DNA of 64,000 bases from Candidatus Latescibacterota bacterium (GCA_965203805.1 OZ241917.1:2176001-2240000), one strand, 5' to 3'. Counted from the first letter of the stretch, positions 47,907 through 58,489 are shown. Program-made: numbers and translations. The notes: a model not told the origin generated them from the letters alone.

Positions 47907-49070
47907 CTATCCCCAACCAAGCGTCGTCACGGTCTCCGCGTGTACGCGCAGGATATCATCGCGCACGTCCACGCCAAGACCCGGACCCCGCATCAGCGGC
48001 GCCGTTCCGCCGCGGCTGAATGCAACCGGTTCTTCGGACACGTCTTCGACCAGCAGCAACTTTCCGTAGGACCCCTCCACAAACGAAACCCCGTCCAGAT
48101 GGGCGGCTACGTGCCGGCCCGCCGCGGAGAGGATCGCGGACTCGCCCACCTGGCACCCCAACTGCAGACCCACGCCGGCGCGGACGGCCAGTTCGGCGAT
48201 CTCCAGCGTGCGTGCAATTCCGCCGCACTTCGATAGACGCAGATTGAAGAAATCGCAGGCTTCCTCGGCGATCAGCGCCTTCGCGTCGGCCACGGTAACG
48301 AGCGATTCGTCCGCCATGATCGGAATCGAGGACCGCGACCTGACGCGCGCGAGGACCGCCGGATCGCCTCGGGGAATGGGCTGTTCGGCGCACGCAACGT
48401 CAAACGGCGCCAGGGCCGCGAGCGTCGCGACGGCTTCATCAGGCGTGTAGGCGCAGTTCGCGTCGACTCGCAGGGAGACGGAGGCCCCCACCGCCTTTCG
48501 TACGGCCGCAACGCGATCGCGCGCGTCGTCGCCGTCGATCTTGATCTTGACGGCCTGAAGCCCGTATTCTGCGCAGACCCTGGCGAGCCGGACCGCGTTC
48601 TCAATCGACCCGCCGGTGATGACGCCGCTGTAAGCGACGGCATCCCGCTTCGGAGGCAGAATCGCTGCCAGAGACAGGTCCTGGCGACGGAGCAGCAGGT
48701 CGATCAGGGCCAGTTCGCAGGCCGTCCTCGCGGCATGCCAGGCGATAACGCCGTCCCCGCCGGTATCGGGGAACGATCGGGCCGCCCCGGAGAGCGCCTG
48801 GAGGGGATCCTGGCTGGGTTCGGGCGCGGTGAAGCGGGAATCCGCGATGGCCGGCCAGAGACAATGGGAAATGTGATCGACGCACGTCTCCACGGTCTCG
48901 CCCGTCACGTACGGTCGCGGCAGGCCTTCGCCATACCCCACCGTGCCGTCGGCGGCCGCGAGGCGCACGACCACCGAGTCCGATCGGGAGCGGACTGAAG
49001 CGCTGTGGCCGAAGGCCTCGACAAAGGGAATACGGAGGGCGAAACAGGTCGCGCCGATGATCTTCATCAC
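47907..49070 (-). CDS. Dipeptide epimerase/MLE-subgroup enolase
   Basis: KIK, DAN, EQP, DES, NLRLSKCGG and GCQVGE motifs. Confidence 0.88.
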   Translation of the reverse strand: MMKIIGATCFALRIPFVEAFGHSASVRSRSDSVVVRLAAADGTVGYGEGLPRPYVTGETVETCVDHISHCLWPAIADSRFTAPEPSQDPLQALSGAARSFPDTGGDGVIAWHAARTACELALIDLLLRRQDLSLAAILPPKRDAVAYSGVITGGSIENAVRLARVCAEYGLQAVKIKIDGDDARDRVAAVRKAVGASVSLRVDANCAYTPDEAVATLAALAPFDVACAEQPIPRGDPAVLARVRSRSSIPIMADESLVTVADAKALIAEEACDFFNLRLSKCGGIARTLEIAELAVRAGVGLQLGCQVGESAILSAAGRHVAAHLDGVSFVEGSYGKLLLVEDVSEEPVAFSRGGTAPLMRGPGLGVDVRDDILRVHAETVTTLGWG

Positions 49071-49133
49071 TATCCTTAAAGCGAGGCGAGGCCACAGCGC
49101 CCCGGCCCCATTTGCTCATATTACGAGACGTAC

Positions 49134-49186
49134 CTGGATGGACAGGATCAAAAACGGATCAGGATTTGCAGGATGAAGCAGGATGA
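49134..49186. repeat. caggat short-repeat tract
   Basis: Four caggat units plus variants in an intergenic region. Confidence 0.5.
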
Positions 49187-49329
49187 AAACCAAGAGCAGG
49201 ACAATTGCTCGCTCTTCCAGGCAACAGCGATGAAGCCGTCCGCGATAGGCTGCAAGCCGATACTCCGACCAACCCGATCCAATGTTGCAACGGTTGCCGT
49301 TACGTTCTGCGCTGAAGTTGTCGAATGAT

Positions 49330-49995
49330 TTACCGCAGGTCGATGGCCCGGAGTTCCCGGATCGACGAGATCGTGAAGTCGGGTATTTCCGCGGCGCGCC
49401 GGGGGGTCTGAAACCGAGAAAATCCCTGCTTTACCCGCATCGTCAAACAACCCTGGGATTTGGCGGGTCCGATATCGTTATCCAGCCGGTCTCCAACCAT
49501 CAATACGCCTTCAGGGGCACATCCCGCCTCCGAGATGGCCGCCTGGAATATCCTCGGATCGGGCTTGGAAAGGCCGAGTTCGGCGGATGCGAGAACCATA
49601 GAAAAATGGTCCCGAATGCCCCAATCCGAGAGCCGGTCCTGCGTACCTTCGGACTGGTTGGCGATGACGCCGAGTCTGAATTTCCGCGAAAGCGTATCGA
49701 GAATCTCAGGGACACGGGGATACAATACTTCATGCTCTTTCGCGTATCGCACAGCACTCGCAACGGCGCGGCGCTGTTCCACCGTCATATCGAGCCGCGC
49801 CAGCATGGCGCGAAACGGACTCGGGGCGAAATCCGTCGCGGCATGCTCGCACATCCGCATGAGTTCATCGACCCGATATCGCACGCCGAACTGACCGACA
49901 TGGTCGCACACGTCCATTAGACGTGCCCGGTGCGCCCGGGTTTCGTCCACGAGCGTCCAACCCAGGTCCAGGAATATCCACTCGATGTTGGTCAT
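49330..49995 (-). CDS. HAD-family hydrolase
   Basis: DLGWTLVD, ANQ, KPDPRIF and GDRLDND motifs. Confidence 0.9.
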   Translation of the reverse strand: MTNIEWIFLDLGWTLVDETRAHRARLMDVCDHVGQFGVRYRVDELMRMCEHAATDFAPSPFRAMLARLDMTVEQRRAVASAVRYAKEHEVLYPRVPEILDTLSRKFRLGVIANQSEGTQDRLSDWGIRDHFSMVLASAELGLSKPDPRIFQAAISEAGCAPEGVLMVGDRLDNDIGPAKSQGCLTMRVKQGFSRFQTPRRAAEIPDFTISSIRELRAIDLR

Positions 49996-50316
49996 GGGGG
50001 TGAAACTGCGAAAGGGTGGATAGAGACGACCGATGTGACCGTTACGTATAGAGGCGTATCTGGAAGCCAGTTTTTCTGGCAAGGCAATGTCGAGGGTGAA
50101 CAATCGCCTGTCGCAATCGACATGTTGCCGCGTCCTTTAATACTCCGCTTTTGGATGCGGTCGACGCTGCCGATGCGAAAAAAGACCGGCGGTTCCCGGA
50201 TCATATCGACATTGCACGAAGCGGCCGGTTTCAGTTCCGTCCGACAGTTGACAGCCTGTCAGTATTACAATATACTGTTGCGTTTGCGTTTCTCAAGCCG
50301 TTTCCCGGAGCGTGCT

Positions 50317-50715
50317 ATGGTTTGGATTCTCGTCTTTCTCGCGTCGCTATCGGCGGCTGAAGGCAACCCGGCGATGTCCGCCAGGCACGTGGCGACCGTC
50401 GTTTCTGTCTACGACGGCGACACGATCACGGTTGACGTGGTCCTCTGGCCGGGCCTGACCTGGCGGGGGAAGGTGCGGTTGCGGGGTGTGGATACGCCGG
50501 AAATTCAGACGAAGAGCAGGGCGGAGAAGAAACGGGCGCTGCTGGCGCGGGATTTTGTGCGGGAACGGATCGGGGAAACCATTTATCTGGAGAACGTGAA
50601 ACTGGGCAACTTCGCGGGGCGGGTGGTGGCGACCGTCCGGCTGCAGGACGGGTCAGACCTCGCGAAGGTGTTGATCCGCGAGGGACACGGAAAGGCGTAC
50701 AAGCGGAGACGATAG
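50317..50715 (+). CDS. Thermonuclease (SNase-like), secreted
   Basis: DGDTI, VRLRGVDTPE and GR motifs; N-terminal signal peptide. Confidence 0.88.
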   Translation: MVWILVFLASLSAAEGNPAMSARHVATVVSVYDGDTITVDVVLWPGLTWRGKVRLRGVDTPEIQTKSRAEKKRALLARDFVRERIGETIYLENVKLGNFAGRVVATVRLQDGSDLAKVLIREGHGKAYKRRR

Positions 50716-50844
50716 GGGAGAAGGAAAAAGGAAAAACGAAGAAGGTAGACGTCGCGGTAACTTTTCCGTGTGTGACACGCGCGAATGGGCTGTCGTCGCG
50801 CGCAACGAGAAGCTGAGCGCGGGACCGGCGCGCCGCGTGGTCCT

Positions 50845-51588
50845 CTACTTGAGAGAGATGATTTCGCGCTGGGACGGGGTGAGGCGATCGGCGAAGCCAG
50901 GGCTGAAACGCAGATGCTGCCCGCCCCAATCAGGCATATAGCCGATGCTGTAACAATAGTAGAGCGACCGGCGGGGGCGGCCGGACACGTTCACCGTGGA
51001 CCCGTGCGTGAGCGCTTCGGTAAACAGGATGACATCGCCCGCGCGCGCCGGAACCGGCTGTAAGGGAGGATTATCATTGGGGTGGCCGCCCCAGGGTCTC
51101 GCGAAATTGCTCTTGTGCGCACCGGGGATCGCCGCGAAGCACCCGTCATCGGGCCCGCAATCGATCATTGGGAAAACCGCCTTCGTCAGCGTCGAGACCA
51201 TCTGCCCGTTGCGGCAGTGGTACTGGCATTTCGGAAGGATCGGCGTGCCGTGCATGTGCATCCCGGTATACCCGCCGCCCCAGCGATAGATCGTGTAGGT
51301 GTGGTTGAGACGATAGGGTCCGCCGGTGACGCATTCGACGGCGTCCAGCAGTTCGGGCAGTTCCATTAAGGGAATCAGGGCGTCGTCGCCTTCGATGATG
51401 TTCGAAATATACAGGTTCTCCGGGCTGCGTTCCTGGCCCAGGACCAGCGGCGGGGGGTAATCCGCAGGCTCCATCGTTTCGAAACGGTCCAGCGCGGCAT
51501 TGCAGGCCGCCACCATTTCCGGCGGTACGATCTGCTCCAGAACGATATAACCCTGCAGGTCGAAGAGATATTGCTGCTCCTGTGTCAT
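50845..51588 (-). CDS. PhyH-family Fe/2OG enzyme
   Basis: FDLQGY, IPGAHK and AGDVILFTEALTHG motifs. Confidence 0.88.
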   Translation of the reverse strand: MTQEQQYLFDLQGYIVLEQIVPPEMVAACNAALDRFETMEPADYPPPLVLGQERSPENLYISNIIEGDDALIPLMELPELLDAVECVTGGPYRLNHTYTIYRWGGGYTGMHMHGTPILPKCQYHCRNGQMVSTLTKAVFPMIDCGPDDGCFAAIPGAHKSNFARPWGGHPNDNPPLQPVPARAGDVILFTEALTHGSTVNVSGRPRRSLYYCYSIGYMPDWGGQHLRFSPGFADRLTPSQREIISLK

Positions 51589-51638
51589 CCCGCCTCCTCG
51601 TTCACCGGTTCGCTTCAACATTAGACCCGGGGTATCCG

Positions 51639-52817
51639 ATGTCCAATCCGAACGTTTCTCCGCTCGCACAGGATTTCGTCATTGCCGCGCGGGTGCCGGA
51701 TCCAGTGCGGTATTTCTTCCACGACCCCGACCTCACGCGCCTGGACGACGGCACGCTGCTGCTGGCCGCGCCGCAGTGGCACCGGCCGGGCTGGGATTAT
51801 TCCCGCCGGCTCCGACTCCTCCGGAGCGAAGACGGGGGCGTCACCTGGGAGGAACTGCCCGGGCTGCCCTATGAAGAGGCCACCCCCTTCGTACTGGACG
51901 GGCAACTCCTCATGTTCGTCCAGAAAAAATGCCACAAGGACTTCCTTGTTGTAATGAGCGAAGACAAGGGCGAAAACTGGACCGACCCCGTAACCGTGAT
52001 TGAAGGGCCCATCTGGAATATCTCCACGTCCCGTGTTCTGCGCCCCGAAGCGCTCTACTGGACAATGGACTTCGACCTGCCCAACCAGGGGCATGGCGGA
52101 AAGACGATGCTCCGGGTGGACCGGAGCATGTCGCCCCTGGACCCGGGAGCATGGACGCTTTCCAACATCGTGCGGCAGCCGGAGATCCCGGACGCGATGA
52201 CCCGCGATCTCTTTCCCGACGGCAACCGCCCCCAGCTTTCCGGCGGCTGGAGAGATCCACTCGTCTGGCTGGAACCGAACACCGTCGAAGTCAGGGGCCG
52301 TATCCGCGCCTTCTGCCGGTGCGTTTTCGACGAATACGCGGCCGCCCACATCGCCGCGGTTTTCGACTATGATCCCGAGGCGCATCAGCTGAGTTTCACG
52401 CAATTCGCGGCCTGGCCGGGCGCGCAGTGCAAGTTCTACGTCATCCACGATCACTCGGAATCCATGTACTGGATGCTGAGCAACCTCATCACCAACTCCC
52501 AGGACCTTCTGGGCTGGGGCGAGCGGATGCGCGAATCCGGGTATCACGGCGGACCGGGCAATGAACGGCGCTGGCTCTACCTACACTACAGTATCGACTG
52601 CCTGAACTGGTTCCCCGCGGGCTGCGTGGCGCGGTGGCCGGACAACGTCTACCGGAGCTTCATGTATCCCAGTGCCGTCGTGGACGGAGACGACTTCGTG
52701 GTGCTCTCCCGCACCAGCAGGGATTCGGGCGACCAGCACGACGCCGACCTCTGCACCATCCACCGGATCCGAAACTACCGTAGCCTGGCCATGGACCTCC
52801 ACGCGGGCGGTCTTTAG
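51639..52817 (+). CDS. Sialidase-like (BNR/Asp-box) protein
   Basis: SEDGGVTW and SEDKGENW Asp boxes. Confidence 0.8.
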   Translation: MSNPNVSPLAQDFVIAARVPDPVRYFFHDPDLTRLDDGTLLLAAPQWHRPGWDYSRRLRLLRSEDGGVTWEELPGLPYEEATPFVLDGQLLMFVQKKCHKDFLVVMSEDKGENWTDPVTVIEGPIWNISTSRVLRPEALYWTMDFDLPNQGHGGKTMLRVDRSMSPLDPGAWTLSNIVRQPEIPDAMTRDLFPDGNRPQLSGGWRDPLVWLEPNTVEVRGRIRAFCRCVFDEYAAAHIAAVFDYDPEAHQLSFTQFAAWPGAQCKFYVIHDHSESMYWMLSNLITNSQDLLGWGERMRESGYHGGPGNERRWLYLHYSIDCLNWFPAGCVARWPDNVYRSFMYPSAVVDGDDFVVLSRTSRDSGDQHDADLCTIHRIRNYRSLAMDLHAGGL

Positions 52818-52827
52818 CCGTACGGGT

Positions 52828-53556
52828 TCAGGTGTTGGCGAGGATCTCCAGATACGCCTTCACTGTATTCGCAAGCCCCATCTCCAGCGCCTCGCCGATC
52901 AGCGCGTGGCCGATGGAGACTTCCAGCACACCCGGTATTGAACAGAACCTGCCCAGGTTCTCCAGGTTCAGATCGTGCCCGGCGTTGACGCCGAGCCCCG
53001 CCTCCTGAGCGACGGCCGCCGCCTTTGCATAGCCCTCGAAAACCTCGTCCGGATTCTCGTTCTCGCGGAACGCCGTCGCGTACGGCTCCGTGTACAGCTC
53101 GATCCGGTCGGCGCCGACTATCGCGGCGCGCGGGATGTCGTCCGAGTCGTAGTCCATAAACAGGCTCACCCGGCTTCCCAGCGCCTTCAACTCCTGAATG
53201 ACGGGCGTCAGGCGGTCGCCCTCCTTCGACAGGTTCCAGCCGTGGTCCGACGTGAACGCGTCCGGCGAATCCGGCACCAGCGTGCACTGCGTGGGGCGGA
53301 CTTCCCGCACGATGTCGAGGTACCCCGCTTCGAAGGGATTCCCCTCGATATTGAACTCCACGTCCGTGACGAGCGCGTTCAGTTCGTACACGTCCGAGGG
53401 CCGGATATGCCGCTCATCGGGCCGGGGATGAACGGTTATTCCGTACGCCCCGGCATCGATGCAGATCTGCGCGGCCCGCGTCACGCTGGGGATACCGATG
53501 GTCCGCGTGTTCCGGAGCAGCGCTACCTTGTTCACGTTCACGCTGAGTCGGGTCAT
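52828..53556 (-). CDS. pdxJ: Pyridoxine 5'-phosphate synthase
   Basis: ITVHPRPDERHI, NIEG, IELYT, NAGHDL and EVSIGHA motifs. Confidence 0.96.
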   Translation of the reverse strand: MTRLSVNVNKVALLRNTRTIGIPSVTRAAQICIDAGAYGITVHPRPDERHIRPSDVYELNALVTDVEFNIEGNPFEAGYLDIVREVRPTQCTLVPDSPDAFTSDHGWNLSKEGDRLTPVIQELKALGSRVSLFMDYDSDDIPRAAIVGADRIELYTEPYATAFRENENPDEVFEGYAKAAAVAQEAGLGVNAGHDLNLENLGRFCSIPGVLEVSIGHALIGEALEMGLANTVKAYLEILANT

Positions 53557-53844
53557 CGCAGTCGCCTTTCGTGGATGCCGTTGAGACGTCAGATCCGGCA
53601 GACAACACAAGTGCTTCCTCACCTGGAAATATAGCGCCGATGCAATCCGTTTTCAAGGATCAATCATCCACTCCGAATTGGTGACAGCCTCGAATAACGC
53701 CCTCAGGATTGCCTTACATTGTGATGTTCTTCAGTGGGCAAAACTCTTGCAAGACGGCAACCGGCTCGGTTATATTGATACCCACGCTCGCGTGGAATGC
53801 GAACCGACGTCGACTTTTCCCTTTTGAAATTCCCTGTTACAATT

Positions 53845-54423
53845 ATGTCGAGTCCGCAGCTTGTCGTCATCGGAGGACCCAATGGCGCCGGCAAGAGCAC
53901 GGTCGCCCCACGGCTGCTGAGGGATACGTTTCATCTGATCGAATTTGTCAACGCCGATGCCATTGCGGCAGGACTTTCAGGATTCAGGCCAGAATCAGCG
54001 GCTATCCAAGCCGGGCGCGTTATGTTGCGCCGCCTCCGCCAACTGGCATCGAACCGAACGGATTTCGCGTTTGAGTCCACACTCGCGAGCCGTAGTCTCG
54101 CCCCCTGGATCCGCCACCTCAGACAGGACGGATACGTCTTCCATCTGGCATATTTGTGGTTGCCAGAACCGGAATTAGCGATTGCCAGGGTGGCGGCGCG
54201 AGTCCGTGCCGGCGGCCATCATATCCCGGAGATCACGATACGCCGGCGATACGCTTCGGGTCTTCGCAATTTCTTCGGGTTATATCGTCCAATTGCGGAT
54301 TATTGGCGCTTCTACAACAATGCGGCAGCTTCGGCGCCCCGCCTTATCGCAATGGGAAAAGGTGCGATCGAAGTCGAAGTTCGCGATGTTGAACTGTGGA
54401 AACGCATCAGAAGGGATGTATGA
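53845..54423 (+). CDS. Zeta-toxin-like P-loop kinase/ATPase
   Basis: GGPNGAGKST, FVNADAIA, FESTL and RVRAGGHHIPE motifs. Confidence 0.88.
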   Translation: MSSPQLVVIGGPNGAGKSTVAPRLLRDTFHLIEFVNADAIAAGLSGFRPESAAIQAGRVMLRRLRQLASNRTDFAFESTLASRSLAPWIRHLRQDGYVFHLAYLWLPEPELAIARVAARVRAGGHHIPEITIRRRYASGLRNFFGLYRPIADYWRFYNNAAASAPRLIAMGKGAIEVEVRDVELWKRIRRDV

Positions 54424-54427
54424 GATC

Positions 54428-54637
54428 ATGGAAGAGTTGCCTCGAAAAGATATCAGCCGGATCTTCGAAGAAGGCACACCGATCGACAACGCTCTGAGAG
54501 AAGCCGTACGCGATGCCCTTTTGCATCACAAACGCAACGGAAATCCAATCGCCGACTGGCAAGACGGAAAGGTGGTGTGGATCCCCGCCGATCAGATCGA
54601 AGTGGACGTGGACGACGACGAGGAATCCGACGGATGA
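54428..54637 (+). CDS. Small acidic partner protein (putative antitoxin)
   Basis: ALREAVRDAL..HKRNGNPIADWQDGKVVWIP; directly follows the kinase. Confidence 0.7.
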   Translation: MEELPRKDISRIFEEGTPIDNALREAVRDALLHHKRNGNPIADWQDGKVVWIPADQIEVDVDDDEESDG

Positions 54638-56076
54638 ATCCAGCCAACCTCCTCTTCATCCTCTCCGACCAGCACACGCGGGACATCACGGGCTGCTACG
54701 GTCACCCCGTGGTACGGACGCCGAACATCGACAGCCTCGCCCAACGCGGGACCCGCTTCACCAGCGCCTATACGAACTGTCCCATCTGCGTGCCGGCCCG
54801 CGCCTCCCTGGCCACCGGGCGATACGTCCATCAGACCGGAAACTGGGACAACGCCTTCGCGTACGACGGCAGTGTGCCGAGTTGGGGGCACCGTCTCAGG
54901 GAGCAGGGATTCCAGGTCGACTCCATCGGGAAACTGCACTTTCGCGCGGCGGATGACGACAATGGTTTCTCGCAGGAAATCGATCCGCTTCACGTCGTGG
55001 ACGGCGTGGGGGATATTCTGAGCTGCATTCGGGAACAACCTCCCTTCCGCAACAAGCGCGGCGCGATCCTGAACGCCGGCCCGGGAGACTCGACCTACCT
55101 GCAGTACGATATCTCGAACGCCGACCGCGCGTGCGCCTGGCTGGCCGAGCATCGCGACGACAACAGACCCTGGGTCCTGTTCCTCTCGTTTGTCTGTCCC
55201 CACCCGCCCTACGTCGCACCGCCGGATCTCTTCGAGTCCTATTCGCCCGATCGGCTTCCCCTGCCCCCCCAGTGGCATCCCGACGACTGGCCCGCCCACC
55301 CGGCCATCCGGCGCTTCCGACGGTTCTTCCACTACGACCGGCCTTTTTCCGAACCCGAGATGCGCAACCTTGCCGCCGCATATTACGGCGCCTGTACTCA
55401 CCTGGACCGTCAGATCGGCCGCGTATTGCAGGCTCTCGACGAACAGAACCTTGCCGACACCACGCGTGTCCTCTACACCTCGGACCACGGGGAATCCCTG
55501 GGCGCGCGCGGCCTGTTCGGCAAGTTCACCATGTATGAGGAGGCCGCTTCGGTGCCGCTTGTCCTCGCCGGCCCGGACGTCCCGGTGGGCCGGATTGCGC
55601 GTACCCCGGTATCCCTGGTGGATTGCTTCCCCACCGTTCTGGAATGCGCCGGCGCCACACTGGAAAGCGAGCGACTCCCCGGCCGCTCCCTCTGGCAGAT
55701 CGCGCGGAACGCCGACGAGAATCGCACGGTCTTCAGCGAGTACCACGCGGTCGGCTCCCGCAATGCCGCCTACATGCTCCGCGATCGAACCTGGAAGTAC
55801 ATACACTACGTGGACGAGCCGCCGCAACTCTTCAACCTGGAAGACGATCCGATGGAAACAACGGACCTTTCGGGTTCTCCGGAGCATCAAACCACGCTGG
55901 TGTCGTTCGAGCGGCGGCTGCGCGGACTTCTGGATCCCGAAACCACGGATGCGCGCGCCAAGGCGGACCAGCTGGCGAAAATCGCGACTTTCGGCGGAGA
56001 AAAAGCCGTTCGGAACCGGGGCGCATTCGACAACTCGCCGGTCCCCGGCGAGGCGCCGGCCTTCCGGGTCCACTGA
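54634..56076 (+). CDS. Formylglycine-dependent sulfatase (choline-sulfatase-like)
   Basis: SDQH, CVPARASLATG, GKLH and TSDHG motifs. Confidence 0.93.
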   Translation: MNPANLLFILSDQHTRDITGCYGHPVVRTPNIDSLAQRGTRFTSAYTNCPICVPARASLATGRYVHQTGNWDNAFAYDGSVPSWGHRLREQGFQVDSIGKLHFRAADDDNGFSQEIDPLHVVDGVGDILSCIREQPPFRNKRGAILNAGPGDSTYLQYDISNADRACAWLAEHRDDNRPWVLFLSFVCPHPPYVAPPDLFESYSPDRLPLPPQWHPDDWPAHPAIRRFRRFFHYDRPFSEPEMRNLAAAYYGACTHLDRQIGRVLQALDEQNLADTTRVLYTSDHGESLGARGLFGKFTMYEEAASVPLVLAGPDVPVGRIARTPVSLVDCFPTVLECAGATLESERLPGRSLWQIARNADENRTVFSEYHAVGSRNAAYMLRDRTWKYIHYVDEPPQLFNLEDDPMETTDLSGSPEHQTTLVSFERRLRGLLDPETTDARAKADQLAKIATFGGEKAVRNRGAFDNSPVPGEAPAFRVH

Positions 56077-56142
56077 CCGCCCGGCCCGTGTCGATATCAC
56101 ATTTCGGTCTTCCACACTCAACGACCTGACGGAGCCGCTACC

Positions 56143-56895
56143 GTGACCGACGAAGAAAAATTCAGCTTCGACCTGGAGGGCTATCTGGTGGTCCGGAACG
56201 TCCTTGACGCCGGCGACCTGACGCGGCTGAACGCGGCTGCGGAACGGGCCGTGCCGGATTGGGGTGGCTCGGACATCAGCACCGCCGGCCGGGTTTCTCA
56301 ATGGGGGCCGGATTTTCAGGCGCTGATGGACCACGATACGATCGTGCCTTATCTGGTCGAATTGCTGGGTCCCAAATTCCGCATCGACCACGATTACTGC
56401 ATCTTCATGAAAAGAGGTGCGACGCGCGGCGGCCTGCACGGCGGCGAGAAGGACTCCGAGGCGGACCACTGGTACAAATATCGAGACGGCGTGATGCGCA
56501 ACGGACTGACCGTGGTCACCTACTTTCTTTCACCCGCAAGGGCCGGTGACGGCGGATTCGCCTGCATCCCCGGAAGCCATAAATCCAACTTCGTCGACCG
56601 GGTGCCGCGGGACGTTCGGCGCTTCGAACGCGACGCCCATTACGTGGTGCAGCCCGATGTGGATGCCGGTGACGCCCTCATTTTTACGGAGGCGCTCATC
56701 CACGGCACAAAGCCCTGGACGGCCGACCACGATCGCCGCGCCCTGCTTTACAAGTACAGTCCAGGGCACTCGGCCTGGTCACAAGGATATTACAACCCCG
56801 AGGAGTACGCGGACCTGACGGAGCAACAGCGACGCCTTATGGCGCCACCCTCCGTTGGAAGGCGTCCGGATACGATTGGGCTGGCGAACGATTAG
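56143..56895 (+). CDS. PhyH-family Fe/2OG enzyme
   Basis: FDLEGY, LHGG, IPGSHK and FTEALIHG motifs. Confidence 0.88.
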   Translation: MTDEEKFSFDLEGYLVVRNVLDAGDLTRLNAAAERAVPDWGGSDISTAGRVSQWGPDFQALMDHDTIVPYLVELLGPKFRIDHDYCIFMKRGATRGGLHGGEKDSEADHWYKYRDGVMRNGLTVVTYFLSPARAGDGGFACIPGSHKSNFVDRVPRDVRRFERDAHYVVQPDVDAGDALIFTEALIHGTKPWTADHDRRALLYKYSPGHSAWSQGYYNPEEYADLTEQQRRLMAPPSVGRRPDTIGLAND

Positions 56896-57028
56896 CCCGG
56901 TCGCGCCCGTTTCCACCGTCTGTTTCCGGCAGGGTACGGGCGTTGTCATTCCGGAGACGCCTCGTTTCACGCAACGACCCCGGATCGGCCATTCTTCAGA
57001 ATTCATGTATTCGATAGGAGACCCTGCA

Positions 57029-58489
57029 ATGCCCGCGCTCGATCCTTGTCCGCTATTCATCAACGGGGAATGGGTCCTGCCCTCCGGGACGGCAACCGAA
57101 CCGGTCTATAACCCCTCGGAAGGCACGATCATCTCCGCAACCCCCATGTGCGGCGCCGATGAAGTAGACCGCGCCGTCAGCGCCGCAAACACCGCGTTTC
57201 CGGCCTGGGCCGAAACCCCGGCCGTCGATCGCGCCCGCCTCATGTTTCGCTTCAAGGAGCTCCTGGAAAAACACTTCGAGGAACTTTCGCGGATCGTCAC
57301 CCGCGAACACGGCAAGACGCTGGACGAATCCCGGGGATCCGTCCGGCGCGGGATTGAAGTCGTGGAATTCTCTTGCGGGGCGCCCTCTCTGCTGATGGGT
57401 GAAGCCCTGGAGAATATCGCACCCGATATAGACTGCGACACGATCCGGCAGCCGCTCGGCGTATGTGCGGGCATCACGCCGTTCAACTTCCCGATTATGG
57501 TGCCGCTCTGGACCCTGCCCGTCGCGCTGGCGTGCGGAAATACCTTCGTGCTCAAACCCTCCGAGAAGGTGCCGCTCAGCGCGATCCGAATGGTGGAACT
57601 CCTCGAAGAGGCAGGTCTTCCCCGGGGCGTTCTCAATCTGGTCCACGGCGGTCGTGACGCCGTGGATGCCCTGCTCCATCATCCGGACGTGCGCACCGTG
57701 TCCTTCGTCGGTTCCACGCCCGTGGCCAGAACTATCTACGAGACCGCGACCCGAAACGGCAAGCGGGTGCAGTCCGCGGGGGGCGCCAAGAACTATATGG
57801 TCGTCCTTCCCGACGCCGAACCCGACGCCACGATAGACGCCGTCATGGGATCCGCGTACGGATGCGCCGGGGAGAGGTGCATGGCGGGCAGCGTGCTCGT
57901 ATGCGCGCACGATGCCGCGGAGCGGTTTCTGCCCAGGCTGAACGACGCGGCGCGCAATTTGCGCGTGGGCCCTACCGACAGGGATGCCGGCGCGGAGATG
58001 GGTCCGCTGGTTACCCCCCAACATCTCGAAAGCGTACGAGGCTCCATCGGGACCGGCATTTCCGAGGGCGCCGATCTGATCGTGGACGGGCGCGACGTGG
58101 TTGTCGACGACTGTCCCGGCGGTTTCTATCTGGGGCCGACCATCTTCGACCACGTACAGCCCGGGATGCAGATTGCCAGGGAGGAAATCTTCGGTCCGGT
58201 ACTTTCGGTGATGCACACGGACGACCTGGATGCAGCGATCGAAACCTGTAATGACAGCGGTTACGGCAATGCCGCCGTGCTCTTTACCGGGAGCGGAGGC
58301 GCCGCCCGCACGTTCCGTCACCGCATCAACGCCGGCATGGTGGGCATCAATACCGGCGTACCGGCGCCCATGGCATTCTTTCCCTTCTCCGGCTGGAACA
58401 ACTCCTTCTTCGGCGATCTGCACGTCCAGGGTCACGAAGGCGTCTCCTTCTTTACCCGTCAGAAAGTCACCATCAGCCGCTGGGGATGA
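57029..58489 (+). CDS. mmsA: CoA-acylating (methyl)malonate-semialdehyde dehydrogenase
   Basis: ITPFNFP, GGAKN, GCAGERCMA and GMVGIN..VPAP motifs. Confidence 0.92.
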   Translation: MPALDPCPLFINGEWVLPSGTATEPVYNPSEGTIISATPMCGADEVDRAVSAANTAFPAWAETPAVDRARLMFRFKELLEKHFEELSRIVTREHGKTLDESRGSVRRGIEVVEFSCGAPSLLMGEALENIAPDIDCDTIRQPLGVCAGITPFNFPIMVPLWTLPVALACGNTFVLKPSEKVPLSAIRMVELLEEAGLPRGVLNLVHGGRDAVDALLHHPDVRTVSFVGSTPVARTIYETATRNGKRVQSAGGAKNYMVVLPDAEPDATIDAVMGSAYGCAGERCMAGSVLVCAHDAAERFLPRLNDAARNLRVGPTDRDAGAEMGPLVTPQHLESVRGSIGTGISEGADLIVDGRDVVVDDCPGGFYLGPTIFDHVQPGMQIAREEIFGPVLSVMHTDDLDAAIETCNDSGYGNAAVLFTGSGGAARTFRHRINAGMVGINTGVPAPMAFFPFSGWNNSFFGDLHVQGHEGVSFFTRQKVTISRWG

